Origin: a bacterium
GTDB taxonomy: Bacteria; Elusimicrobiota; Elusimicrobia; Elusimicrobiales; UBA9959
NCBI GenBank assembly: GCA_021847485.1
Contig: JAJZRA010000004.1
Span: 463 to 64,462, forward strand
Direction of reading: 5' to 3'
DNA length: 64,000 bases
Positions 29,604 through 40,151 of the stretch are shown in pieces. Numbering within the stretch: the stretch's first letter is position 1; each line of letters begins with the position of its first letter. The position numbers were made by a program, and so were the translations under genes. The notes under the pieces were generated by a model that saw only the letters and a program-made list of their open reading frames with translations, had not been told where the DNA came from and did not search any database.

Positions 29604-30635
29604 ATGAAAGCGCTCGTGAAAGCTAAAGCGGAGAAAGGCCTCTGGCTGCAGGACGTGCCCAAGCCCGTACCCGGCGACAACGAAGTCCTCATCAAGATAA
29701 AGAAGACCGCCATCTGCGGCACCGACGTGCACATCTACCAGTGGGACGAGTGGGCGCAGAAGACCATCCCGGTGCCGATGCACGTGGGGCACGAGTTCGT
29801 CGGCGAGATCGCCGAGCTCGGCAAAGGCGTCAAGGGCCACTTCCTGGGCGAGCGCGTCAGCGGCGAGGGCCACATCGTCTGCGGCCACTGCCGCAACTGC
29901 AAGGCCGGCCACCGCCACCTCTGCATCAACACCAAGGGCGTGGGCGTCAACCGCCCCGGCTGCTTCGCCGAGTACCTGGCGATCCCGGCCGAGAACGTCT
30001 TCTCCATCCCCGAGGGCGTCTCCGACGACGAGGCGGCGATCCTGGACCCGCTCGGCAACGCCGTGCACACCGCGCTCTCCTTCGACCTGATCGGCGAGGA
30101 CGTCCTGATCACGGGCGCGGGCCCGATAGGCATCATGGCCGGCGCTATCGCCTCCCACGTCGGCGCGCGCCACGTCGTGATCACGGACGTGAACGACTAC
30201 CGCATGGCCCTGGCCGGGAAGCTCGGCCTGAAGAACGTGGTGGATTCCCGCAAGGAGAAGCTGCCGGACGTGATGAAGGCGCTCGGCATGACCGAGGGTT
30301 TCGACGTGGGCCTCGAGATGAGCGGCAACGCGCAGGCCTTCAACGACATGATCGCCAACGTCAAGATGGGCGCGAAGCTGGCGCTGCTCGGCATCCTGCC
30401 GCCCAACACGACGATCCCTTGGGGCAGCGTGATCTTCAAGGCGCTGACGATGAAGTGCATCTACGGGCGCGAGATGTTCGAGACGTGGTACAAGATGTGC
30501 GCTATGCTGACGAGCGGCCTGGACATCAAGCCGGTCATCACGCACCGCTTCGCGGCCAGGGACTTCCAGGAGGGCTTCGAGATCATGTCCTCCGGCCGTT
30601 CCGGCAAGATCATCCTGGACTGGACGGACATCTGA
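29604..30635 (+). CDS. tdh: L-threonine 3-dehydrogenase
   Basis: [62 protein letters not shown]. Confidence 0.96.
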   Translation: MKALVKAKAEKGLWLQDVPKPVPGDNEVLIKIKKTAICGTDVHIYQWDEWAQKTIPVPMHVGHEFVGEIAELGKGVKGHFLGERVSGEGHIVCGHCRNCKAGHRHLCINTKGVGVNRPGCFAEYLAIPAENVFSIPEGVSDDEAAILDPLGNAVHTALSFDLIGEDVLITGAGPIGIMAGAIASHVGARHVVITDVNDYRMALAGKLGLKNVVDSRKEKLPDVMKALGMTEGFDVGLEMSGNAQAFNDMIANVKMGAKLALLGILPPNTTIPWGSVIFKALTMKCIYGREMFETWYKMCAMLTSGLDIKPVITHRFAARDFQEGFEIMSSGRSGKIILDWTDI

Positions 30636-30647
30636 GCGGCTTCGTTC

Positions 30648-30760
30648 GGCCTTTGCCGGGGGGACCGTTAGCGCGAGCCTGACCGCGGGGGTATGCCTGC
30701 CGCGACATCCCTCGGAAGGCATACCCCCGCGGTCAGGCCAGGCGGGACCCGCAAAAGGCC
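30648..30760. repeat. Long inverted repeat (REPIN-like or structured RNA element)
   Basis: Perfect 22-bp arms gcctgaccgcgggggtatgcct (30677-30698) / aggcatacccccgcggtcaggc (30717-30738); outer ggcctttgc / gcaaaaggcc. Confidence 0.8.
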
Positions 30761-30771
30761 CTTCAGTATCT

Positions 30772-31275
30772 ATGAGATACACCGAACATTTCGACGAGCT
30801 GTGCGAGGCGCTGGAGGGGGCCGGGGCCTTCCTCGTCGTGGAGGACTCCATCGGCCGCGTCAACGTGATGACGATAGGCTGGGCCCAGCTGGGCCCCGTC
30901 TGGGGCGAGCCGGTCCTGACCGTGCTCGTGCGCCCCTCGCGCCATACCTTCGCGCTGCTCGCCAAGGCCTCCCATTTCTCCGTCTGCGTCCCGCGCCGCG
31001 GCGAACTGAAGCAGGAGCTGGCCTTCTGCGGCTCCAAGTCCGGCAGGGATTACGACAAGGCCCGCGCCTGCGGCCTGAAGCTGAAGGACGGCGCGGCCAA
31101 GGGGATAAAATACATCGAAGGCTGCGGGCTGGTCTACCAGTGCGAGCTGTACGGCTCCACGCGCCTGGCGGAGGGGGACCCGGCGCCCGCCGCGCTTTCC
31201 GGCTTCTACCCGGGGGCAAAGGACCTGCACGCGCTTTTCTTCGGCAAGGTCATCAAGGCGGACCGTTCGGTATGA
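30772..31275 (+). CDS. Flavin reductase-like (flavoredoxin family) protein
   Basis: NVMTIGW, VRPSRHT, CGSKSGRDYDK, HALFFGKV. Confidence 0.85.
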   Translation: MRYTEHFDELCEALEGAGAFLVVEDSIGRVNVMTIGWAQLGPVWGEPVLTVLVRPSRHTFALLAKASHFSVCVPRRGELKQELAFCGSKSGRDYDKARACGLKLKDGAAKGIKYIEGCGLVYQCELYGSTRLAEGDPAPAALSGFYPGAKDLHALFFGKVIKADRSV

Positions 31276-32501
31276 GGACTATAAGACTTTCCGCTCTCCT
31301 GCTTTCCGGGCTGCTGCTGTCCGGCTGCGGCCTGCTCAAGCAGAAAGCGGCCGAACATTACCTGGACAAGGCCCGGGCCGCCGCGGCGGCGGCGGCGCCT
31401 ACCCCCGCGCTGCTGGAGGCCGGGTTCGCCGCGGCCGGCAAGGCCATAGGCTACGCGCCGGGCTCGGAGCAGGCGGTCAACGTCCTGGAGGACCTCGCCG
31501 CCGCCTCCGAGAAGGCCGGCTTCGCGAGGGGGCAGGAACTGCAGGCCGGCGCGCTGCGCAAGGCCCTTTCTTTGGACCCGCTCAACTGGTACGCGGCCGA
31601 GTCGCTCATCAACTTCTACGCCGCGCGCGGGGACGTCCCCGGGCTGGAAGCCATGGCCGCGCACGCCCGCGGGCTCGCCGCCTCCGGCGACGGCTCGGTG
31701 AAGTACCGCGCCGCCCTCGCCGAGCTGGCCGCCGGCGCCTCCGAGCTGCCTTGGCTGGAGTCGGCGGCCTACCTGGCGCTGAACAAGACCCCCGGGGATT
31801 TCTTCGACCGGCTGGCCGCCTACGCCTCGCTGGCCGGCCGGCTGCCCGGCCTCAAGGCCGCCGCCGACCGGCTGGCCGCCTCCGACCCGGCCGCCCGCCG
31901 CGCCGCGCCGCCCGCGCTGGCCTCCGCCGCCGAGGTGGCCGCGGCCGACGCGCTGCGCCCGCAGGAGGAGATCCGCCGCGCGCTCGACTTCGCGGCCAAG
32001 GCCTCCTCGGAGCCGGCCTTCCGCAAGGCCGCCGAGATGACGGTGCTGGGCAACGCGGCGCTGGTCAGGCGGGAGTACGCTCAGGCCCGCGCGTATTACC
32101 AGGGGGCCGCGCAGAATTACCCGGGCCTCCTGGACGCCCGCCGCCAGCTGGCCGAAACGGATTTCCAGGAAGGGGCGGCCCTGGCGGCCTCGGGCGGGGA
32201 CCCGAAAGAGGCCGCGCGGCTGCTCTACAGGGCTTACGCCGGGGCCGGAGAGGCTATCAAGGGAGCGCTGGCCGGCGGCGAGCGCCTGCCCTTCGTGAAG
32301 AGCGACAGGTTCCTGGGCGAGCTGTATTCCCTCAAGGCCGCCGACCTGGCCGCGCTGCGCGCGGTGGAAGGCGGGAAGCTGCGAGGCGGCGCCCGCCTGG
32401 AGGCCGAGTTCAAGAGCGCGCTCGACGAAGCCGTCCGGCTCAACCCGGAGGGCAGGCTGGCCCGGGAGCTGCTCGAGCGCTATTCCAAGGACGGGTTCTA
32501 G
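31272..32501 (+). CDS. TPR-like helical lipoprotein
   Basis: Lipobox LLLSGC; Ala-rich TPR-like helices; ATGA overlap with upstream gene. Confidence 0.65.
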   Translation: MRTIRLSALLLSGLLLSGCGLLKQKAAEHYLDKARAAAAAAAPTPALLEAGFAAAGKAIGYAPGSEQAVNVLEDLAAASEKAGFARGQELQAGALRKALSLDPLNWYAAESLINFYAARGDVPGLEAMAAHARGLAASGDGSVKYRAALAELAAGASELPWLESAAYLALNKTPGDFFDRLAAYASLAGRLPGLKAAADRLAASDPAARRAAPPALASAAEVAAADALRPQEEIRRALDFAAKASSEPAFRKAAEMTVLGNAALVRREYAQARAYYQGAAQNYPGLLDARRQLAETDFQEGAALAASGGDPKEAARLLYRAYAGAGEAIKGALAGGERLPFVKSDRFLGELYSLKAADLAALRAVEGGKLRGGARLEAEFKSALDEAVRLNPEGRLARELLERYSKDGF

Positions 32502-32505
32502 CCGG

Positions 32506-33135
32506 ATGCCGCGGCGCCTGACGCTGGCGGCGGCCGCCCTGGCCGCGCTGTTCCCGGCGGGCTACGCGGCCGCCCAGGAGCCGTCCACCTCCCCGGCGCC
32601 GAGCCCGCTGACCCTGAACATCGAGAAGGACGCCCGGCAGTCCCGCGTGGGCCTGGATTACGCGGTCCGCTGGGATTTTTCCGACCTGGCCTCTTTCCGT
32701 CCCAGCCTGGGGACCCTCTATTCCGGCATCAAGGCCGTTACGTCGTGGGACATCACCGAGAATACCCGGCTGGACTACTACGGCTTCCGCACCAATCCGT
32801 GGCGGCTGATAATAACGAAAGAGAAAAAGGAGGCCCCCGAGCCGGCGCCGGAAGGCTCCGGCGGCGGGTTGGTGACCAGGCGGCCGCCGGAATACCGCAG
32901 GCGCGTGCGGCTGTCCGTCTCGCCGCTGGTCGACGACCTTAAACGCAATTTTGACGCCAACCTCAGCGAGTTCCTGTTGCGCAGTTCGCTGAAAGGGGCG
33001 TCGCCCGAATGGGAGAGGATGGGGGCGGCCAACAGGAAATATTTGGTCAGGGACGTGCTGGCGCTGCCGGTGTGGCAGGCGCCCGTGCCGGGAGTGGGGG
33101 AGGCCAGGGAAGGGCTGGAGTACCTGGGCCGCTAG
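32506..33135 (+). CDS. Secreted hypothetical protein
   Basis: Signal peptide (..AAAQE), 4 nt after upstream stop. Confidence 0.6.
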   Translation: MPRRLTLAAAALAALFPAGYAAAQEPSTSPAPSPLTLNIEKDARQSRVGLDYAVRWDFSDLASFRPSLGTLYSGIKAVTSWDITENTRLDYYGFRTNPWRLIITKEKKEAPEPAPEGSGGGLVTRRPPEYRRRVRLSVSPLVDDLKRNFDANLSEFLLRSSLKGASPEWERMGAANRKYLVRDVLALPVWQAPVPGVGEAREGLEYLGR

Positions 33136-33533
33136 CCGGCCCGCCCGCCCAGCCGCCTGGCGCGTTCCTCCGCCGCGGCGGCCACCGCGGTCCTGACGCG
33201 CTCCGCTTCGAAAGGCTTGGTTATGTAGGCGTAGGCGCCCAGCGACAGCGCCTTCACCGCGCCGCCGAGCTCGGTCTCCACCGTCACCATCAGCACCGCC
33301 GGCCCGCCGGCCGGCCGGCCCTTCAGCAGCAGCTCCAGCACCCGCAGGCCGTCCAGGCCCGGCATGTTCACGTCCAGCAGTACCACGTCCGGCTTCTCGG
33401 CCTCGGCCAGCCGCAGCGCCTGCGTCCCGTCGGCCGCCGTCAGCACCTCGCAGCCGGCCAGCACGCGGCGCAGCGTCTCGCGGATCCCCTCTTCGTCGTC
33501 TACCACCAGCACCTTCAGGGCGGGGGCGGTCAC
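33132..33533 (-). CDS. Single-domain response regulator
   Basis: VLVVDDE, LLDVNMPGLDG, MVT, YITKPF; GTG start overlaps upstream TGA. Confidence 0.85.
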   Translation of the reverse strand: MTAPALKVLVVDDEEGIRETLRRVLAGCEVLTAADGTQALRLAEAEKPDVVLLDVNMPGLDGLRVLELLLKGRPAGGPAVLMVTVETELGGAVKALSLGAYAYITKPFEAERVRTAVAAAAEERARRLGGRAG

Positions 33534-36493
33534 AGCGCGTCCCCCTGCAGGGCCACGGCGCCGCGGCCTTCCGAGCCGTCTATGCGGATGTCCAGCGGCG
33601 TTTTGAAGCGCAGGTGCCGGATATGCGGGCCCTCGAAGACCGGTTTGACGGCCTTGATGCGCTCCCAGTTGATGAAGGCGTCGGGGGCGGTCTCGTGGAT
33701 GGTCAGGTAGCCCAGCCCCAGCGACGTGACGTTGTGGAAGAAATGGGTGCCGTAGGACGGGTCCACGACGAAGTCCCCGTAGGCGGCCTCGACGATGATC
33801 CGCGAGCCGGAGATGTGGTGCCACTTGACCGGGATGCCGAGCAGCGGGTCGCTCGAGCCCCAGCGGCCGGGGCCTATGATGAGGTAGGGGCGCCCCTCGG
33901 CGCGCAGGCGGGCGTTCAGCTCGCCTATCTCCTCGGCGATCTCGCGGGTCCGGAGCGTGTCGAAGGTCTCCGGCGCCACGTAGACCAGGTCCGCGACGTC
34001 GCGGTGGGCGCCGTTGCCCAGGGCCTTGGCGCTCAGGCACAGCAGGCTCTCCGGCTTCAGGTCCTTCAGCGAGACCTTCTTGACCGGGCTGCGCGAGACC
34101 ATCGGGCGCATCTGCAGGATGTTGAAGGCGGCCTTCCGGGAGACGGGGTCGTAGTCGCACGCGAACTCCATCTCGACGTTGCAGCCCATCGCCTCCTTGC
34201 CCAGCGCGGAGACCTCGCTGAGGATGTCGGAGAGGGGGAGTTCCTCGTTCTTGAGGACGGGCGCGAAGGTGATCAGGCGGCGGCCGGGGTTGGAGATCCC
34301 GTCGTAGACGCGGTCGTTCTCGGCCGAATAGGTCGAGCCGGCCAGCTCCAGCGAGCCGTCGGCCTCGGCCTCGGCCACGCCGGCGGTGACGAGCGCCGGC
34401 TCCTCCTCGTAGCGCAGCGGCGCGCAGCCGGGGGCGGTGTTGAGCGCGATGAACTTCTTCTGCGAATTGCCCAGGAAGTCCGCCAGCGTGGAGAACTGGT
34501 GCAGGTTCTGCGGGTGGGCCGGGGAGAAGCGCAGCGCGTTGAAGCCCTCGACGATGGTCTTGCCCAGGCCCAGCGCGATGTGCGCTATCGGGTCCTCCGC
34601 CTCGAGCGGCGGCACCGGGTAGTAGTTGTAGGACTGCATCACGCCGGAGAAGGCCGGGTAGAAGCGGCCGTCCCGGTAGCGGCGGCCCACCACCTTCTGG
34701 ATGACCACCGCCATCTTCTCCTCCTCTATCAGCAGCGGGTTGAGCTTGCGGTAGGCGCGGGCCTCGCGGGAGAAGACCGAGGCGTAGATGAACTTGATGG
34801 CCCGCCGCAGCTCCTCCAGGCGGACCGCCGGGTCCGGGGAGTCGTTGGGGAGCATGTAGGTCTTGTAGACGCCGGCGAAAGGCTGCGTCTTGGAGTCCTC
34901 CAGCAGCGACGAGGAGCGGACGGCGAGCGGGCCGTCTAACCGCTCAATCAGCGCGGCCAGGTCGCGCGTGACGTAGTCGGGCAGCCGGGCCCGTTCGAAC
35001 AGCGCTGCGGTCTCCTCGGTGGAGTGGTTCTCGTTCAGGAGCGAGTCCAGGCCGTTCTGTTCCATGAAGAAGTCGAAGACGTCGGTGGCGATGACGACGG
35101 TGTTGGGCACCGTGACGGCGACGCCGGGCCAGCGGGCCTCGAGGTCGCTCTTCGAGAGCAGGAAATCCACGAAGGCCAGGCCGCGCGCCTTGCCGCCTAT
35201 CGAGCCGGAGCCTATCTTGGCGAACGGGGTGGAGTCCTCGAACAGCCTGGGGTCGAACTTCAGCACGGTGCCCAGCTGGGTCTTGTGGATGAACTGGTGC
35301 AGCGTCTCGATGAGGTACTTGCGGAGCTGTTCGGGGTTGCTGAACTCGGAGATCTTCTTGGGCCGGATGCGGTAGGCCATCTCGAACTCGGTGCGCGCGA
35401 GCAGCCACTTGGAGAAGTGGTTGCGCCCGGCGTGGTAGAGCACCGATTCCACCGGCACCGCCTTCAGCAGCCGCAGCATCGAGTTCAGGTCGGCGGCGCG
35501 GGCCAGCTCGCCGCCGGTCTGGTCGCTGAAAACGAAATCGCCGAAGCCGAAGTACCTGGTGATGAAGGCGCGCAGCTGCTTGGAGAGGTCGGGCGCGGCC
35601 TTGTGCACGAAGGCTGCCCCCAGCGCGGCGGCCTGCCCCGCCCGCCTGGCGTCGGAGGACTGCAGCAGGACCGGCATGTCGGGGCTGTCGGCCTTGATGC
35701 GGCGCGTCAGCTCCAGGCCCGCCTCCGGGTGGCACGCGCCGCCCTTCGGGTACTCTATGTCGGTTATCACGCCGAGCAGGTTGCCCTTGTGCTTCTCGTA
35801 GAGCTCCCAGGCCTCCTCGTAGGTGCTGCAGAAGAGCACCTTGGGCCGGGCGCGCAGGCGCAGGTTCTTCTTGGCCGGGTTGAGCTCCTCGGCCATCACG
35901 ACCTGGGTCTGCTTCATCAGCTCGGTGTAGATCAGCGGCAGGTAGGAGGAATAGAACTTGATGTTGTCCTCGACGAGCAGCACCGCCTGCACGCCGACCT
36001 CGGCGTCGCGGTCGAAGTTGCGCCTGTCCTCCGCCAGGTTGATGATGGCGGAGAAGATGCGGGTATCGCCGCTCCACAGGTAGATGCCGTCGGCCAGCTC
36101 GCGCGCGTCGTCCAGGGCGTTGCGGACGTCCTGCGCGTTGAACGAGAGCAGCACCACCGGCAGGTCCGGCCGGCCGGCCTTGAGGCCGCGGAAGAAGTCC
36201 GCCATGTCGGTCTCGCCCACCTGGACCATCGCTATCACGAGGTCGTAATTGCCCCGCTTGAGCTTCTCCATCGCCTGTTCGGCGGTCCCCACGCGCGTGA
36301 TCTTGGGCGCGCCGCGGCCGGGGTCGGGCAGCTCGGAGAAAAGCGCCTCGTTCAGGCGGTCGTCGTCCGCCAGCAGGAAGGAATCGTAGAGGGAGGCCAC
36401 CATCAGGACGTTCTTGATCCTGTGAGGCATCAGCTTCTCGAAGCCGCCGAATTCCACCTCGTAGTCGCCCGGTCTTTTTGGTGTCGTCCGCAT
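33530..36493 (-). CDS. PEP/pyruvate-binding (PPDK_N, PEP-synthase-like) protein with N-terminal receiver-like domains
   Basis: GSIGGKARGLAF, LAVRSSSLLEDS..PFAGVY, EEKMAVVIQ, LGLGKTIV, LQMRP, GPGRWGSSDP, PSYGTHFF; start at MRTTPK. Confidence 0.85.
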   Translation of the reverse strand: MRTTPKRPGDYEVEFGGFEKLMPHRIKNVLMVASLYDSFLLADDDRLNEALFSELPDPGRGAPKITRVGTAEQAMEKLKRGNYDLVIAMVQVGETDMADFFRGLKAGRPDLPVVLLSFNAQDVRNALDDARELADGIYLWSGDTRIFSAIINLAEDRRNFDRDAEVGVQAVLLVEDNIKFYSSYLPLIYTELMKQTQVVMAEELNPAKKNLRLRARPKVLFCSTYEEAWELYEKHKGNLLGVITDIEYPKGGACHPEAGLELTRRIKADSPDMPVLLQSSDARRAGQAAALGAAFVHKAAPDLSKQLRAFITRYFGFGDFVFSDQTGGELARAADLNSMLRLLKAVPVESVLYHAGRNHFSKWLLARTEFEMAYRIRPKKISEFSNPEQLRKYLIETLHQFIHKTQLGTVLKFDPRLFEDSTPFAKIGSGSIGGKARGLAFVDFLLSKSDLEARWPGVAVTVPNTVVIATDVFDFFMEQNGLDSLLNENHSTEETAALFERARLPDYVTRDLAALIERLDGPLAVRSSSLLEDSKTQPFAGVYKTYMLPNDSPDPAVRLEELRRAIKFIYASVFSREARAYRKLNPLLIEEEKMAVVIQKVVGRRYRDGRFYPAFSGVMQSYNYYPVPPLEAEDPIAHIALGLGKTIVEGFNALRFSPAHPQNLHQFSTLADFLGNSQKKFIALNTAPGCAPLRYEEEPALVTAGVAEAEADGSLELAGSTYSAENDRVYDGISNPGRRLITFAPVLKNEELPLSDILSEVSALGKEAMGCNVEMEFACDYDPVSRKAAFNILQMRPMVSRSPVKKVSLKDLKPESLLCLSAKALGNGAHRDVADLVYVAPETFDTLRTREIAEEIGELNARLRAEGRPYLIIGPGRWGSSDPLLGIPVKWHHISGSRIIVEAAYGDFVVDPSYGTHFFHNVTSLGLGYLTIHETAPDAFINWERIKAVKPVFEGPHIRHLRFKTPLDIRIDGSEGRGAVALQGDAL

Positions 36494-36623
36494 ACCCGAT
36501 ATTCTACTAAAGAATGCCCGCGCGCCGCCGGGAAAGGGCTCCGCGGGCGGGGTTGTCAAAGGGATATTATTATGTTTATATATAATCACCGGTTTCAGAA
36601 TACGAACAGGAGAACCATAGATC

Positions 36624-37802
36624 ATGGAAAAACCCTCGGTAAAACCCAAGTGCCCCAACTTCTCTTCCGGTCCGTGCGCCAAGCGCCCCGGCTGGACCGT
36701 GGACGCGCTTAAGAACGCGCTCGTGGGCCGCAGCCACCGCTCCAAGGAAGGCAAGGCCCGCCTGCAGGAAGTCTCCGACCGCATGAAGAAGGTGCTGAAC
36801 CTCCCCGCCGACTACCGCATAGGCGTCGTGGCCGGCTCGGACACCGGCGCGGTGGAGCTGGCGATGTGGAGCCTGCTCGGCCCCCGCTCCGTCGATATCT
36901 TCGGCTGGGAATCGTTCAGCAAGGGCTGGATCACCGACGCCGTGAAGTACCTGAAGCTCAAGAACGTCAACGAGTACAAGGCCGACTACGGCAAACTGCC
37001 GGACCTGACGAAGGCCAACGCCCAGAACGACATCATCTTCACCTGGAACGGCACGACCTCCGGCGTGAAGGTGCCGAACCTGAACTGGATCCCGAAGGAC
37101 CAGCAGGGCCTCGTGATCTGCGACGCGACCTCCGGCGTGTTCGCGATGGACATAGACTTCACCAGGCTCGACGTGGTGACCTTCTCCTGGCAGAAGGTGC
37201 TCGGCGGCGAGGCCGCCCACGGCGTCATCATCCTGTCGCCCAAGGCCGTCAAGCGCATGGAGGAGCAGAACTCCAAGATCACGTGGCCGATGCCCAAGAT
37301 CTTCCGCCTCGTGGACGAGAAGAAGCTGCTGCCGGGCGAGCTCGAATACAGCACGATCAATACCCCGTCGATGCTCTGCGTCGAGGACGCGATAGACGCG
37401 CTGAAGTGGGCCGAGACGATCGGCGGCCTGCCGGGGCTCGTGAAGCGCTCCACCGCCAACCTGGCGGCGTTCGAGCGGTGGGTCGAGAAGTCCAACTGGA
37501 TAGCCTTCCTCGCCGAGTCGAAGGAGATCCGCTCCAACACCTCGGTCTGCTTCAAGATCAAGGCCGACTGGTTCCAGAAGCTTTCCGACGAGGAAAAGCC
37601 CAAGGCCGCCAAGAAGATCACCTCCCTGCTCGACAAGGAGAACGTGGCCAAGGACATCAACTCCTACGGCAAGGCCCCGGTGGGCATCCGCGTCTGGTGC
37701 GGCGCCACCGTCGAGACCTCGGACATAGAGGCTCTGACCCCGTGGCTCGACTGGGCCTACGAGCAGGTCGCGAAGGAATATTCCAAGGAGGCCGTGAAAT
37801 GA
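36624..37802 (+). CDS. serC: Phosphoserine aminotransferase (Methanosarcina type)
   Basis: [60 protein letters not shown]. Confidence 0.93.
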   Translation: MEKPSVKPKCPNFSSGPCAKRPGWTVDALKNALVGRSHRSKEGKARLQEVSDRMKKVLNLPADYRIGVVAGSDTGAVELAMWSLLGPRSVDIFGWESFSKGWITDAVKYLKLKNVNEYKADYGKLPDLTKANAQNDIIFTWNGTTSGVKVPNLNWIPKDQQGLVICDATSGVFAMDIDFTRLDVVTFSWQKVLGGEAAHGVIILSPKAVKRMEEQNSKITWPMPKIFRLVDEKKLLPGELEYSTINTPSMLCVEDAIDALKWAETIGGLPGLVKRSTANLAAFERWVEKSNWIAFLAESKEIRSNTSVCFKIKADWFQKLSDEEKPKAAKKITSLLDKENVAKDINSYGKAPVGIRVWCGATVETSDIEALTPWLDWAYEQVAKEYSKEAVK

Positions 37803-38749
37803 GCAAGGTACTTATAGCCGACAAGGCCGATCCCCTCTGCGAGAAGGTCCTGAAGGAGCGCGGCATAGAGGCCGTCGTCAAGACCGGCATGAAGCCCGAG
37901 GAGCTCAAGGAGTTCGCCAAGGACTTCGACGGCATCATCGTGCGCTCCGCCAGCAAGATCACCCGCGAGATCATAGAGAACGCCAAGAACCTGAAGGCCG
38001 TGGCCCGCGCCGGCGCCGGCGTCGACAATATCGACGTGCCCGCCGCCAGCGAGAAGAAAGTGATAGTGATGAACACGCCGTTCGGCAATACCGTGTCTAC
38101 CGGCGAGCACGCGATCGCCATGATGTTCGCCCTCGCCCGCCATATCCCCCAGGCCAGCGCCTCCACGCACGCCGGCAAGTGGGAGAAGAGCAAGTTCGAG
38201 GGCGTCGAGATAACCGGCAAGACGCTCGGCGTCGTCGGCTGCGGCAATATCGGCGCCGTGGTGGCCGACCGCGCGCGCGGCCTGCATATGAACGTCCTCG
38301 TCTTCGACCCGGTGATGACCACCGAGCGCGCCCGCGAACTGGGCGTGAAGATGGTCACGCTGGACGAGCTGTACGCCAAGGCCGACTTCATCACCTACCA
38401 CGTCACGATGAACCCCAATACTAAGGGGATGATCAACAAGGACGCGATAGCCAAGATGAAGAAGGGCGTGCGCATCATCAACTGCGCCCGCGGCGGCATC
38501 ATGGTGGAGGCCGACATCAAGGCCGCCATCGAGAGCGGCCACGTGGCCGGCTTCGCCGTGGACGTGTACCCGGTCGAGCCGCCGGAGAACTGCGTGTTCT
38601 TCGGCATGGACAAGGTGATCTGCACCCCGCACATAGCGGCGTCCACCAAGGACGCGCAGGTGACCGTCGCGCGCCAGGCCGCCGAGCAGATAGCCGACTA
38701 CCTGCTCACCGGCAAGCGCACGCACGCGGTCAACGGCGACAAGATATAG
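37799..38749 (+). CDS. serA: D-3-phosphoglycerate dehydrogenase (short form, no ACT domain)
   Basis: [38 protein letters not shown]; ATGA overlap with serC. Confidence 0.88.
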   Translation: MSKVLIADKADPLCEKVLKERGIEAVVKTGMKPEELKEFAKDFDGIIVRSASKITREIIENAKNLKAVARAGAGVDNIDVPAASEKKVIVMNTPFGNTVSTGEHAIAMMFALARHIPQASASTHAGKWEKSKFEGVEITGKTLGVVGCGNIGAVVADRARGLHMNVLVFDPVMTTERARELGVKMVTLDELYAKADFITYHVTMNPNTKGMINKDAIAKMKKGVRIINCARGGIMVEADIKAAIESGHVAGFAVDVYPVEPPENCVFFGMDKVICTPHIAASTKDAQVTVARQAAEQIADYLLTGKRTHAVNGDKI

Positions 38750-38763
38750 GCTTGCCGCCCCGC

Positions 38764-38798
38764 GCCCGGGTCCCCCGCGAGGGGGCCCGGGCTTATTT
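38764..38798 (+). terminator. Intergenic hairpin (weak terminator or stabiliser)
   Basis: gcccgggtccccc/gggggcccgggc followed by ttattt. Confidence 0.5.
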
Positions 38799-38817
38799 AC
38801 GGACCAAGGACAACGAC

Positions 38818-40077
38818 ATGGCAAAACTCCCTCTTTTCTCACCTATCTACGGCATCCGCCCGGCTTCCCCGGCCAAGGCGCAGGAGATCATAGCCCCGCC
38901 TTACGACGTGCTGGACTCCGAAGAGGCGCGCGAGCTCGCCAAAGGCAAGCCCAACAGCTTCCTGCACGTCTCGAAGGCCGAGATCGACCTGCCGCCCGGC
39001 ACCGACGTGCACGACGAGAAGGTCTACCTGAAGGCCGCCGAGAACTTCGAGCGGATGCTTAAGGACGGCCTGCTGGTGCGCGAGGCCAAGCCCTGCTTCT
39101 ACGTCTACCGCCTGAAGATGGGAGAGCACGTCCAGACCGGCCTGATGGTCGGCGCCTGCGTGGACGACTACGACGCCGGCCGCATCCGCAAGCACGAGTT
39201 CACGCGGCCCGTGAAAGAGGACGACCGCGTCAACCAGATCAAGTACGTGAAGGCCCAGACCGGCCCCGGCATCATCGCCTTCAAACCGATCCCGGAGGTC
39301 GACGCCGTGATAAAGAAGAACGTGAAGAAGGCCCCGCTCTTCTCGGCGACCGGCCCCGGCGGCGTGGTCCACACGCTGTGGCTGATAGACGACGAGGCCG
39401 ATATCAAGGCCATCGCCGACGCCTCCGAGCGGCAGAAGACCGTCTACATAGCCGACGGTCACCACCGCTCCGCCGCGGCCAGCCGCGTCAAGAAGTTCAT
39501 GGTGGAGACCCGCGGCGCCGCCCACAAAGGCGACGAGCCGTACAACGTCTACCTCGCGGCCGCCTTCCCGGTGAACGAGATGAAGATCTGGGACTACAAC
39601 CGCGTCGTGAAGGACCTCAATGGCCTTACGCCGGAGCGGTTCCTGGCCGAGTTGAAGGAGAGTTTCTCTGTCTCCGAGACCAAGGGCCAGGCCAAGCCCG
39701 CGGCGCGCCGCGAGTTCGGGCTCTACCTGGGCGGCAAATGGTACCTCCTGAAGCCCGTCGTGAAGACCCCGACCAGGGAGGAGGACCCGGTGAAGGCGCT
39801 GGACGTCAGCGTGCTGTCCGACCTCGTCCTCGACCGGCTCCTCGGCATCAAGGACCTGCGCAAGAGCGACAGGGTGGATTTCGTCGGCGGCATCCGCGGC
39901 CTGGGCGAGCTGGAGAAGCGCGTCAATTCCGGAGAGATGGCCGCCGCGTTCGCGCTGTTCGCGACCTCTCTCGACGAGCTGATCAGCGTGGCCGACGACA
40001 ACCAGGTGATGCCTCCCAAGTCCACCTGGTTCGAGCCCAAGCTGGCGGACGGCGTGGTCTCCAACCCGCTGCTGTAA
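38818..40077 (+). CDS. DUF1015 family protein
   Basis: PPYDV, IRKHEFT, IADGHHR, YNRVV, MPPKSTWFEPKL. Confidence 0.9.
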   Translation: MAKLPLFSPIYGIRPASPAKAQEIIAPPYDVLDSEEARELAKGKPNSFLHVSKAEIDLPPGTDVHDEKVYLKAAENFERMLKDGLLVREAKPCFYVYRLKMGEHVQTGLMVGACVDDYDAGRIRKHEFTRPVKEDDRVNQIKYVKAQTGPGIIAFKPIPEVDAVIKKNVKKAPLFSATGPGGVVHTLWLIDDEADIKAIADASERQKTVYIADGHHRSAAASRVKKFMVETRGAAHKGDEPYNVYLAAAFPVNEMKIWDYNRVVKDLNGLTPERFLAELKESFSVSETKGQAKPAARREFGLYLGGKWYLLKPVVKTPTREEDPVKALDVSVLSDLVLDRLLGIKDLRKSDRVDFVGGIRGLGELEKRVNSGEMAAAFALFATSLDELISVADDNQVMPPKSTWFEPKLADGVVSNPLL

Positions 40078-40096
40078 GTCCCGGCCCGGTCCGGCG

Positions 40097-40130
40097 GAGG
40101 GCCCCGCCCGCGGCGGGGCCTTCTCTTTTT
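40097..40130 (+). terminator. Rho-independent terminator
   Basis: ggccccgcc/ggcggggcc stem plus T-rich tail. Confidence 0.7.
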
Positions 40131-40151
40131 ATTCTTAAAAAGATATAGAAT

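Noticed and set aside
30648-30760. SRP RNA, tRNA or known riboswitch
   Set aside because: No SRP helix-8 signature, no cloverleaf or TTC loop, no aptamer consensus recognised
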